64,000 bases of DNA, taken from the NCBI GenBank assembly GCA_002718585.1, contig PBFG01000019.1, positions 33,086-97,085 of the forward strand. Reading direction: 5' to 3'. The translations under genes and the position numbers were made by a program. Below the pieces are notes generated by a model. That model saw only the letters and a program-made list of their open reading frames with translations. It did not search any database and was not told where the DNA came from. This stretch comes from Fidelibacterota bacterium. GTDB lineage: Bacteria > Fidelibacterota > Marinisomatia > SCGC-AAA003-L08 > D37C17. This document shows positions 10,449 to 19,248 of the stretch, in pieces (position 1 is the stretch's first letter; each line of letters begins with the position of its first letter).

Positions 10449-11897
10449 TTAGGTTCCACAAAATGTTTTATAAGTTTCATCAAAGCCATCAGGAGTAGTT
10501 TGAAACCTATCAAGATTTACACCATATTCATACGTATTAGCCATTTGATGTAATATTTTATCAAATTCCTCTTTATTACCGTTTATTGCATTATTTAAAG
10601 CAGATTCTACTAAATGATTTCTTGGAATATAAATGGGATTATTTTTTTTCATTATTATTAGACTATTTTTATCATTTTTAACTCTTTCTTTCCACTTTTT
10701 TAACCAATTTTTAAAATCAGAAGATTGAAATAATAAATCTTTATTTGATTTATTTAATGTTAAACTTAAAAAGGTATTCGTATAATCTGCCCTATGCAAT
10801 TCCATGAGTTCTAATAAATCGTTGATAAATTGCTCATCTGATTTTTCAGGATTTGTTATTCCAATTTTACTAAACATCATGCTATACCAATTATTTGAAA
10901 AATAAGCAGAAAACTCATCTAATATATTTTGAGCTAAATCAATAGCTTTATTCTGATCTTTATGAATGAAAGGTAAAAGAGTACCTGCAAAAACTGATAA
11001 ATTCCAATAAGCTATTTTGTGCTGGTTTCCGAAAGCATATCTACCATGTCTATCAATTGAACTAAAAACGGTTTTAGGATTATATTTATTCATGAACGCG
11101 CAAGGTCCATAATCAATTGTCTCTCCAGTAATAATCATATTATCTGTGTTCATGACTCCATGTATAAATCCAACTCTAATCCAACTAATAACCAAATCAA
11201 TTTGTTTTCTCATAACAGTCTTCAATAAATCAGTGCATGGTGAATCACTACCAGATATATCTGGATAATATCGTTTGATAACATAATCGATAAAATCTTT
11301 AAAATCCTTTTGCGAACAAAAATGTTTTGCGTATTCAAAAGTTCCCACTCTTATATGACTAGATGAAACTCTGCTTAGGATCCCTCCATTATTAATTGTT
11401 TCTCTAAATACACTTTCACCAGTATTAATAACCGCTAAACTTCTGGTGGTCGGAATATTTAAAAAATACATTGACTCACTCATTAAATATTCTCTGAGCA
11501 TTGAACTCAAGGTCGCCCTACCATCACCTGCTCTAGAAAAGGGAGTTTGGCCAGAACCCTTAAGCTGAATATCAAAAAATCTGTTATCTAAAGCTTTTTG
11601 TTCCCCAAGTAAGATTGCTCTACCATCTCCAAGCATTGTAAAATTACCAAATTGATGTCCTGCATAAGCTTGTGCGATGGGATTTGAGTTATTTGGTAGG
11701 ATATTTCCTGACAAATAACCAGTAATCTTACTAACATCATTATTTAGAAATTCTAAATTTAGCTGTTTTGAAAGCTTTTCGTTAAAATATACTAATTTAG
11801 GATTTTTAACTTTAATAGGTTTAATTTTCTTATAGAATGAACTTGGAAGTTCTATATAACTATTTTGAAGGCTCCAGTTTTCGTTTGTTGTTTTCAT
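10449..11897 (-). CDS. selO: Protein adenylyltransferase SelO/YdiU (UPF0061)
   Basis: Motifs AGHQFGNF..LGDGRA, GSGQTPFSRAGDGRA and HGVMNTDNM. It ends ..FCGT with Cys at the antepenultimate position and has no in-frame TGA. Confidence 0.88.
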   Translation of the reverse strand: MKTTNENWSLQNSYIELPSSFYKKIKPIKVKNPKLVYFNEKLSKQLNLEFLNNDVSKITGYLSGNILPNNSNPIAQAYAGHQFGNFTMLGDGRAILLGEQKALDNRFFDIQLKGSGQTPFSRAGDGRATLSSMLREYLMSESMYFLNIPTTRSLAVINTGESVFRETINNGGILSRVSSSHIRVGTFEYAKHFCSQKDFKDFIDYVIKRYYPDISGSDSPCTDLLKTVMRKQIDLVISWIRVGFIHGVMNTDNMIITGETIDYGPCAFMNKYNPKTVFSSIDRHGRYAFGNQHKIAYWNLSVFAGTLLPFIHKDQNKAIDLAQNILDEFSAYFSNNWYSMMFSKIGITNPEKSDEQFINDLLELMELHRADYTNTFLSLTLNKSNKDLLFQSSDFKNWLKKWKERVKNDKNSLIIMKKNNPIYIPRNHLVESALNNAINGNKEEFDKILHQMANTYEYGVNLDRFQTTPDGFDETYKTFCGT

Positions 11898-11921
11898 ATG
11901 ATTGTTACTATACAGATAGTA

Positions 11922-12311
11922 TTAATTCATCAAAATTCCGTTTTCATTCCAACGACTCATCTCAGATACCTTTTTATCATCTTTGTATAAAACTTTTGAT
12001 TTTATATTACCATTTTCATAAAAGGTTTTTTCGAACCCATTTTTTTTGTCAAATTCATAGATAGTTATAGATTTTATTCTTCCATTTGAATAGTATCTTA
12101 TCCACTCACCATGTATTTTTCCGTAAAAATATTCAACAGTATTAATAATATTTCCTTCTTCATCCCAATATTTAGATAATCCATGCTTTTTACCATTTTC
12201 TTTCTCAAATGAATATCTCATTTGATTATTATCGTAAAAAGATTTTTCGATATTTGGACTTGTTGAACATGAGAATAATAGAATGATAGAAACTAATAAA
12301 AATGTTTTCAA
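11922..12311 (-). CDS. MORN-variant repeat lipoprotein (YwqK-like)
   Basis: Lipobox LLFSCS. Repeated Y-x-NG-x-(K/E) units (YYSNGRIKS, FYENGNIKS, WDEEGNII). Confidence 0.6.
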   Translation of the reverse strand: MKTFLLVSIILLFSCSTSPNIEKSFYDNNQMRYSFEKENGKKHGLSKYWDEEGNIINTVEYFYGKIHGEWIRYYSNGRIKSITIYEFDKKNGFEKTFYENGNIKSKVLYKDDKKVSEMSRWNENGILMN

Positions 12312-12353
12312 AATATTCTCCTAACTGACGAGTTGATTTTTATACAAAAAATG

Positions 12354-12427
12354 TGGCGGCGCAGGGACTCGAACCCCGGACACCCGGATTATGATTCCGG
12401 TGCTCTAACCAACTGAGCTACGCCGCC
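12354..12427 (-). tRNA. tRNA with CAU anticodon (elongator Met, or Ile2 if lysidine-modified); CCA not encoded
   Basis: The reverse complement reads GGCGGCGTAGCTCAGTTGGTTAGAGCACCGGAATCATAATCCGGGTGTCCGGGGTTCGAGTCCCTGCGCCGCCA. It folds as a cloverleaf with anticodon loop AUCAUAA. It lacks the initiator features (C1:A72, GGG/CCC anticodon stem). Confidence 0.85.
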
Positions 12428-12434
12428 TTTGAAA

Positions 12435-13883
12435 TTAATTATTTAATAAATGATAAATTAATCTAACTGCAACACCAGTAGCACCAACTTTCGGTTGATA
12501 ACTAGGTTCTGTTGGTCCCCAAGCTGTTCCAGCAATATCTAAGTGACACCATGGAGTATCACCAACAAATTCTTTCAAGAAAGCACCTGCAGTAATTGTT
12601 CCAGCACCAGCTTTACCTAAATTTTGGATGTCAGCATATTTACCTTTGATATCTTTTGAATATTCAGGCCAAAGTGGAAGTTCCCAAACTTTTTCATCGG
12701 TTGCTTCACTTGATTTTTTAATTTTACCAATTAATTTTTCATCATTTCCCATTAAACCTGTTGCTCGATGACCAAGTGCAACCAAAACTGCTCCTGTCAA
12801 TGTAGCAAAGTCTATCATAAACTTTGGTTTATAATTTTTATTTACATATGATAAAACATCAGCTAAAACTAATCTGCCCTCAGCATCTGTATTTAAAACC
12901 TCAATTGTTTTTCCATTATATGCAGTTACAATATCACCAGGTCTTTGAGCATCACTTCCAGGCATATTTTCTGTGGATCCTATTGCAAATAGAATATTTA
13001 CCTTAGGCTGAAGTATGGAAACTGCGTTCATTACGCCCATAACAGTTGCACTTCCACACATATCAAATTTCATTTCATCCATTCTTGCACCTGGTTTCAA
13101 AGAAATTCCACCAGTATCAAATGTCAAACCTTTTCCAATTAAAGCAATCGGCTTATCAGATTTAGAACCACCATTATATTCAACAATAATCATTTTTGCA
13201 GGTTCTTTTGCTCCCCTAGCTACACCATAAAAACTACCTAACCCCATTTTTTCAAATTTGCTAACATCAAAAATCGTACATTTCATATTCTTTGCTTTAG
13301 AAATTCTTTTTGATTCATTAGCTAAATAAGTAGGTGTTAATATATTCGCTGGATGATTACCTAAATCTTTTGCAAAATTTACACTATTTGCAATAACTGC
13401 TGAAGCTTCTAAAGTTTTCTTATCACATGTACCCAAGACAGTAACCTTCTTTAATGAATTTGGTTTAGAATCCATAGTTTTGTAATCTAGAAACTGATAA
13501 TTACCTAAGACAATGCCTTCATATAATGAACCTGCAAACTCATTTTTATCAAGTTTTAAAGATTTAGAATCCAATGAAATATTTTTTACACTAAGTTGAT
13601 TAGCATAACTTGCAACAGCTGCACCTATTTCTCTAAATCTTAAATTAGTGGCATTTTTCTTTTTACCAAGACCAATTATTAAAATTCTTTTTAAATTATC
13701 TCCATAAACTAAAATCTTTTTCTTGTAATCGCCCTTAAATGATTCAATTGAAATAGCATCATCTAAATTTTTACCAAAAGAGTTTGTAAATTTTTCATTC
13801 TTGTATAGTCCACAAACTATTAAATCTGTTTTATGTGATTTTAAAGTTTCAGTTGATTTAGTAAAATTGATAAGATTTTGCAT
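12435..13883 (-). CDS. pepA: Leucyl aminopeptidase (M17)
   Basis: M17 signature NTDAEGRLVLAD, GKGLTFDTGGISLKP and MKFDMCGSA. Confidence 0.9.
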   Translation of the reverse strand: MQNLINFTKSTETLKSHKTDLIVCGLYKNEKFTNSFGKNLDDAISIESFKGDYKKKILVYGDNLKRILIIGLGKKKNATNLRFREIGAAVASYANQLSVKNISLDSKSLKLDKNEFAGSLYEGIVLGNYQFLDYKTMDSKPNSLKKVTVLGTCDKKTLEASAVIANSVNFAKDLGNHPANILTPTYLANESKRISKAKNMKCTIFDVSKFEKMGLGSFYGVARGAKEPAKMIIVEYNGGSKSDKPIALIGKGLTFDTGGISLKPGARMDEMKFDMCGSATVMGVMNAVSILQPKVNILFAIGSTENMPGSDAQRPGDIVTAYNGKTIEVLNTDAEGRLVLADVLSYVNKNYKPKFMIDFATLTGAVLVALGHRATGLMGNDEKLIGKIKKSSEATDEKVWELPLWPEYSKDIKGKYADIQNLGKAGAGTITAGAFLKEFVGDTPWCHLDIAGTAWGPTEPSYQPKVGATGVAVRLIYHLLNN

Positions 13884-13993
13884 TTTTTTAATTCTCCACT
13901 TATTAAAATGATATATTATTCATAATTTATTTTATGAAATCTATCTATTATTTATACTATAATACAACATATTAAGTTGAAATTGGAGCAAAT

Positions 13994-14866
13994 ATGAATA
14001 TTAATAAAATGTTACCATCAGATACCTTTAAAAATAAAGTAGTTTTGATAACTGGGGGAGGAACTGGTTTAGGTAAATCCATTGGACATCATTTATTGGG
14101 ACTAGGAGCAAAACTAATTATTACAAGCAGAAAAAAAGAAGTAATTGAAAAAACTGCAAATGAGTTTAACAAAGAATATCCTGATTCTACATTATTTGTT
14201 GCTGGTGATGTTAGAGAAATTGATGATGTTGAAAATGTTATCAATATGGGATTTGTTAAATTTGGAAAAATTGATATGCTCATTAATAACGCTGCTGGTA
14301 ATTTTATTAGCCCTACAGAACGTCTTTCAACAAATGCATTTAGCGTTATTATTGATATAGTTTTAAAGGGAACTTGTAATTTTACAATAACACTTGGCAA
14401 AAAATGGATTAAGGATAAAATAGATGGTAATATTCTAAATATTGCAACCACATATGCCATGACAGGGTCAGGTTACGTTGTTCCATCTGCAGCTGCAAAA
14501 GGTGGAGTATTAACATTTACAAAATCAATTGCTGCTGAGTGGGCAAAATATAACATAAGATGTAATGCTGTTGCGCCAGGACCTTTTCCAACGAAAGGAG
14601 CCTGGAGCAGGCTTGTTCCTCCTGGATTTTCGAAATTTATAGATTTGAAAAAGAGAGTTCCATTAAAGAGAGTTGGAGAACACGCTGAACTTGCTAATTT
14701 GTGTTCTTATTTGCTTTCTGATTATTCTGCTTATATAACTGGTGAAATAATTACAATTGATGGAGGAGAATGGATTTATAATGCAGGTCAGTTTAGTAGA
14801 CTAGATAAAATACCTTCAAAGCTTTGGAGCTTAATAGAGAAAACAATTAGGAAAAAAAATAAATGA
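13994..14866 (+). CDS. SDR-family oxidoreductase, 2,4-dienoyl-CoA reductase-like
   Basis: ITGGGTGLGK dinucleotide motif and NNAAGNF. The length and C-terminus resemble DECR/peroxisomal enoyl reductases. Confidence 0.8.
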   Translation: MNINKMLPSDTFKNKVVLITGGGTGLGKSIGHHLLGLGAKLIITSRKKEVIEKTANEFNKEYPDSTLFVAGDVREIDDVENVINMGFVKFGKIDMLINNAAGNFISPTERLSTNAFSVIIDIVLKGTCNFTITLGKKWIKDKIDGNILNIATTYAMTGSGYVVPSAAAKGGVLTFTKSIAAEWAKYNIRCNAVAPGPFPTKGAWSRLVPPGFSKFIDLKKRVPLKRVGEHAELANLCSYLLSDYSAYITGEIITIDGGEWIYNAGQFSRLDKIPSKLWSLIEKTIRKKNK

Positions 14867-15228
14867 TAGTTTACAGATCTTTTAGGATCCATTCATCTCG
14901 TTACTTACCAAATTTAGATGATGATCATATATGTAAAAAAATGCATGGACATACATTTAATATCACAGTTTATATTAAAGGTTTTATTGATGAAAAAACA
15001 GGCTTTGTTATAGATTTTTATGACATAGATGTAATGTTTAAAAAATACATACATAAAAATGTAGACCATAAAGTTTTAAATGATGTTGATGGACTGGAAA
15101 ATCCTACAAGCGAAAATCTTTCAAAATGGATTTGGAATAATCTAATTTCTCATCTTCCAAACTTATATAAAATTGAAGTTTCAGAAGATTTTGGTACAGG
15201 TATAATTTATCAACCATCTAATGAATAA
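14863..15228 (+). CDS. queD: 6-carboxy-5,6,7,8-tetrahydropterin synthase
   Basis: CxxxHGH motif (CKKMHGHTFNITV), 121 aa, overlaps the queC-like gene. Confidence 0.85.
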   Translation: MIVYRSFRIHSSRYLPNLDDDHICKKMHGHTFNITVYIKGFIDEKTGFVIDFYDIDVMFKKYIHKNVDHKVLNDVDGLENPTSENLSKWIWNNLISHLPNLYKIEVSEDFGTGIIYQPSNE

Positions 15229-16003
15229 AACTGCTGTAATAAGCTTTAGTGGTGGGCTTGATTCAACATCATTACTTCTGCATCTAATTAATAAAAAATA
15301 CGATATCTACGCTCTTTCATTTAATTACGGTCAAAAACACATATTAGAATTAGATAAAGCAAAAAAAAACATTAAATATTTTAAATCAAAAGGAATTGAG
15401 ATTAAACATAAAATTTTAGATATTTCAGATTCATTTGATATCCTTCAATCTTCTCTGACTAATTATAAAGAAAAAATCCCAAAAGGTTATTACAAAAATG
15501 AAAATATGAAGAGTACAGTTGTACCAAATAGAAATGCTATTTTTAGCTCTTTTTCTTATGCATGTGCTCTATCAATACATAAAAAACTTGGTGTAGATGT
15601 AGATATTGCACTTGGAGTTCATTCAGGAGATCATGAAATTTATCCTGACTGTAGATTAGAATTTTATGAAAAATTATTCGAAGCATTTAAAATTGGTAAT
15701 TGGGACTCTCATAACATAAAATATTATTTACCCTATTTAGATTTTTCAAAGTCAGATATTATTAATGATGCATTAAAAAATTGCAAAAAACTTAAACTAG
15801 ATTTTAATACAATTTTTAATAATACCTTAACAAGTTATAGTCCAGATAAAACTGGGTCATCAGATGGTAAAACCGCATCTGATGTTGAAAGGATTCTTGC
15901 ATTTCACAAACTAAACCTTATTGATCCAATCAAATATAACTTTTCCTGGGAAGAAGTTTTAAAAAATGCATTAAGTTTTGAGAAAGATTTTAAAAAAAAA
16001 TAA
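15221..16003 (+). CDS. queC: QueC-like PP-loop ATPase (7-cyano-7-deazaguanine synthase homologue) lacking the zinc-binding cysteines
   Basis: PP-loop SFSGGLDSTS, VPNRNAIF and YPDCR. The C-terminal segment TLTSYSPDKTGSSDGKTASDVER sits where canonical QueC has C..CxxCxxC. Confidence 0.75.
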   Translation: MNKTAVISFSGGLDSTSLLLHLINKKYDIYALSFNYGQKHILELDKAKKNIKYFKSKGIEIKHKILDISDSFDILQSSLTNYKEKIPKGYYKNENMKSTVVPNRNAIFSSFSYACALSIHKKLGVDVDIALGVHSGDHEIYPDCRLEFYEKLFEAFKIGNWDSHNIKYYLPYLDFSKSDIINDALKNCKKLKLDFNTIFNNTLTSYSPDKTGSSDGKTASDVERILAFHKLNLIDPIKYNFSWEEVLKNALSFEKDFKKK

Positions 16004-17104
16004 TTATTCTACAAAGCCCTTCCAATTTTTCATATAATTTATAAATTGAGGATTTAATTTTGCTCTAGATAATCTAGAAATCGAATAAGGTGGTCTTTTA
16101 GGATTATAATCTAAACTTGACACTTTATTAGCCCAATTGGGATGTCCAATTGCAACTCTTCCTACTCCTACAAGATCTGCTCCTTGCCTCAATAGTTTAT
16201 GTGCATCAGAGCTTGACCATACGCTACCTGTGCTAATTATTGTTGGTAAATCTGTATAACTTTGAGTTATTACCTCAGTTAATGTTCTGTTATTATTCTT
16301 TAAGGACTTTGATTTAGCAAATACATCCCAACATGATATATGAATGAAATCCAAATTCATTTTTTTTAGTATACCCACCAGTTCAATAGTATCTTTTAAT
16401 TCAATACCGATACTATCTATTTCTGGTGAAATACGAACACCAATAATAAAATCATCTGGAACATTATTTCTAATAGAATTAAAAATTTCAATTAATAGCT
16501 TTGATCTATTTTTTAAATCACCACCCCATTCATCTTTTCTTAGATTAGTTTTCTTACCTAAAAATTGTGATATCAGATATCCATGAGCTCCATGAAGTTC
16601 TATTCCGTCGAATCCAGATTCATAACACATTAATGCGCTATTTTTGAAATCATCAATTATTTTTTTAATATCATTATGAGATGCAGGTTTTGTCTTCCCA
16701 GTGTTTGATTCACTGCAGTCTAACTTACTTGCAGATATAGGTACAGATCCTGTAATCTTTTGAGGAGATTTCATGCCACCATGAAATAATTGAGCTATAA
16801 CAATGCTTTTTGTTTCATGTATTAAAGATGTAAGATTTTTTAATTGCGGGATTTGATAATCTTCAAATACTCCAAATTCACCATTCCAAGCTTTTCCTTC
16901 TTTTGATACATTAGTGGCTGCTGTTGTTATTATTCCAAATCCACCTTTAGCTCGTTCTAAAAGCCAGGTTATTTCATCATCTGATAAAGTACCATCATCA
17001 TGGCTTTGCATATTGGTCATAGCTGCTAGGACTGTACGATTTTGGATTTGAAGATTGGTCCTTGAAAAAATATAATTATCTGATATTTTTAATTTAAAAT
17101 TCAA
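16004..17104 (-). CDS. NADH:flavin oxidoreductase, Old Yellow Enzyme family
   Basis: OYE-like motifs AAMTN, FDGIELHGAHGYLISQFL and GADLVGVGR. Confidence 0.85.
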   Translation of the reverse strand: MNFKLKISDNYIFSRTNLQIQNRTVLAAMTNMQSHDDGTLSDDEITWLLERAKGGFGIITTAATNVSKEGKAWNGEFGVFEDYQIPQLKNLTSLIHETKSIVIAQLFHGGMKSPQKITGSVPISASKLDCSESNTGKTKPASHNDIKKIIDDFKNSALMCYESGFDGIELHGAHGYLISQFLGKKTNLRKDEWGGDLKNRSKLLIEIFNSIRNNVPDDFIIGVRISPEIDSIGIELKDTIELVGILKKMNLDFIHISCWDVFAKSKSLKNNNRTLTEVITQSYTDLPTIISTGSVWSSSDAHKLLRQGADLVGVGRVAIGHPNWANKVSSLDYNPKRPPYSISRLSRAKLNPQFINYMKNWKGFVE

Positions 17105-18001
17105 TCAAAAATCATTTTTATTGTCAATCTCTTCAAATAAGTTATGTATGACAAGAACACATAATCCAATAAGCAATGCACTAATAATTAATGATAGATT
17201 TATTATGCCTGTCACACCAAAAGAAATTCTAATAATAATCGTGGAAACAATAAATCCTGAATTTCTAATGATTTTGTGAAAACTTTGACTATAAAAAAAT
17301 GATAGTAATAAAATTATAATGTCTACAAAAATTAAAATATTGAAGAAGTCTTCAAAAAAGATTTGGTTTAAATCGGTCATTTGAAAGCTATTTCCAATTG
17401 AAAATAAACCCAAACTCCAGGAGTAGAATGAATACAAAGCCATCAAGAAAAATAAAGGTATTAATAATGCGGCAATAAACTCTTTTTGAGCAACAAATCT
17501 TCGGAGGCCTTTATTTTCTATTAATATTTTTTTATTTTTGTTTCTTATAACATTTCTATTAAATAAGTAAACTATAAAAAATAAAATTAAAGAGGCTATT
17601 AAATCATAAAATATTTGAGAATTAATAACGGTATTTAAATTAATATTTGATGTATCAAATGAAGCAATATCTTTAAAAAATCTCCTAAAAACGATTAATG
17701 TTATAATCTCGTATTGTTTGGAAAGATAAAAAGTGAATGATTGTGGTAAATAATAAACTAATAAATAGACCTCATATAGAAGTATAAAACTAAATGGCGT
17801 ATAAATTGCAACAATAGCATTATTTAATAGATCAGACGAAAAATTTAGTCCCAATAGTGAATTTTGTGATGCGATTATTAAACCTAGATGAAGAATAAAA
17901 CTGAATAACGCAATGTTCAATATTATTTTTTCAATTAGATTTTTTGATCTTGATGAAAAAAATAAATTATGAAAATCATAATTTTTAAAATTATTAATCA
18001 T
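17105..18001 (-). CDS. Polytopic membrane protein, function unknown
   Basis: Long ORF with several hydrophobic helices, tightly abutting its neighbours. I recognised no motif. Confidence 0.5.
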   Translation of the reverse strand: MINNFKNYDFHNLFFSSRSKNLIEKIILNIALFSFILHLGLIIASQNSLLGLNFSSDLLNNAIVAIYTPFSFILLYEVYLLVYYLPQSFTFYLSKQYEIITLIVFRRFFKDIASFDTSNINLNTVINSQIFYDLIASLILFFIVYLFNRNVIRNKNKKILIENKGLRRFVAQKEFIAALLIPLFFLMALYSFYSWSLGLFSIGNSFQMTDLNQIFFEDFFNILIFVDIIILLLSFFYSQSFHKIIRNSGFIVSTIIIRISFGVTGIINLSLIISALLIGLCVLVIHNLFEEIDNKNDF

Positions 18002-18002
18002 A

Positions 18003-19175
18003 TTAATTAATTTTCCTTTTACTAATTGTTATTTTATAATTTCTTTTCATAGCTTGACTATAAAACTCTTTACCTGTTAATGCTTTTTCAATAGGAAAAG
18101 TTCCGCTATTTAAGTTACCATTCATTATATGTTGCATTACAATTGAAGCATGCCATCCAGTCCATTTTTCCATTGCCATTAAATTTGTTTTATCATCGTA
18201 AGTTTCTAAAGCATCAATCAATACCTCAGCTTTCTTACCATTTAGTATTCCTTTGGCTTTTACTCGCATTATACATATATCATTATAATCTTTAGTATCT
18301 AAATGAGGTTCAAGTAAATGATGATAAAAATCTCTAGGTACAATTTTATGTCCATTAAAAATAATCTCATCTTCATTAAATAAACCCAATTCTCTATATG
18401 CCTTCATCCACTCCCAATGCCCCAAATATCTTAGTGTTTTATTTTCAAGAACCTTTAATTTATTTTGAAAAGTCCATGGCATCGTGGATAATCCACCTGA
18501 AGTAACAGATGCTTCAAGACTTCCAATATCTGCTCCAAAATCTATTACCTCATAATCCTCAAAACAATTGACCTGTTCAATTTTTCCGTTTCTAATAAAA
18601 AATGCATGAGAATCGTATTCATTTGTGAGTCCAGCAATATTAAAAAATAAAGAATAGTTCCAAGGCCTAAGAGGATTTTGAGGTAATCCTCCATCCCATA
18701 TACGAACTTCATGAGCTTCATCTAATTGCTCAATTGCAAGTAATCCCATTGAAACATTCATTCCAGGCCCCATTCCACAATCTGGTACTATAGTTATTCC
18801 ATTCTTTTTAGCCTCATTATCGAAATTAAGTTGTTTAATTACATTACCTGTATGACCTCCTAAATCAACCATCGAGCATGCTGTTTCAATTGCCAATTCT
18901 GTAAGCATTAGATTGTATTTATAAGGTACAGAGCTAAGAAAAATATCAACTGAACCAAGTAATAGTTTTAATTGATCAATTTTATTAAAATCAATTATAG
19001 ATTGTTGAATTTTTACACCATTCGAAACTGAATCAATTTTTTTTAAACATTCATCAATAGAATTTTGATTACAATCTAATAATGTTAATGTTTCAACGTC
19101 TGCATGAACTAATAAATCATAAGCAGCAGCAGTACCTTGGCGACCGGTTCCTATAATACAATATTTTTTTTTCAT
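18003..19175 (-). CDS. Saccharopine dehydrogenase-family NAD(P)-binding protein
   Basis: N-terminal Rossmann motif IIGTGRQGTAAA. The size and C-terminal domain resemble saccharopine/carboxynorspermidine dehydrogenases. Confidence 0.75.
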   Translation of the reverse strand: MKKKYCIIGTGRQGTAAAYDLLVHADVETLTLLDCNQNSIDECLKKIDSVSNGVKIQQSIIDFNKIDQLKLLLGSVDIFLSSVPYKYNLMLTELAIETACSMVDLGGHTGNVIKQLNFDNEAKKNGITIVPDCGMGPGMNVSMGLLAIEQLDEAHEVRIWDGGLPQNPLRPWNYSLFFNIAGLTNEYDSHAFFIRNGKIEQVNCFEDYEVIDFGADIGSLEASVTSGGLSTMPWTFQNKLKVLENKTLRYLGHWEWMKAYRELGLFNEDEIIFNGHKIVPRDFYHHLLEPHLDTKDYNDICIMRVKAKGILNGKKAEVLIDALETYDDKTNLMAMEKWTGWHASIVMQHIMNGNLNSGTFPIEKALTGKEFYSQAMKRNYKITISKRKIN

Positions 19176-19248
19176 AAACTTTTTGATATATATTAAATTA
19201 GAATGAAATTTATTATATTAATTTTAAACATAAATAAAGGCTTCCTCA

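Noticed and set aside
10449-11897. SelO/YdiU as a selenoprotein or as evidence of selenium use
   Set aside because: The ORF is uninterrupted and ends ..FCGT, with Cys at the position where eukaryotic SelO has Sec. Bacterial SelO homologues are normally Cys proteins, so this gene says nothing about Sec machinery.
11837-12064. ORF 11837..12064 (+) bridging the selO start and the MORN lipoprotein gene
   Set aside because: It overlaps two better-supported minus-strand genes and has no motif or RBS, so it is a shadow ORF.
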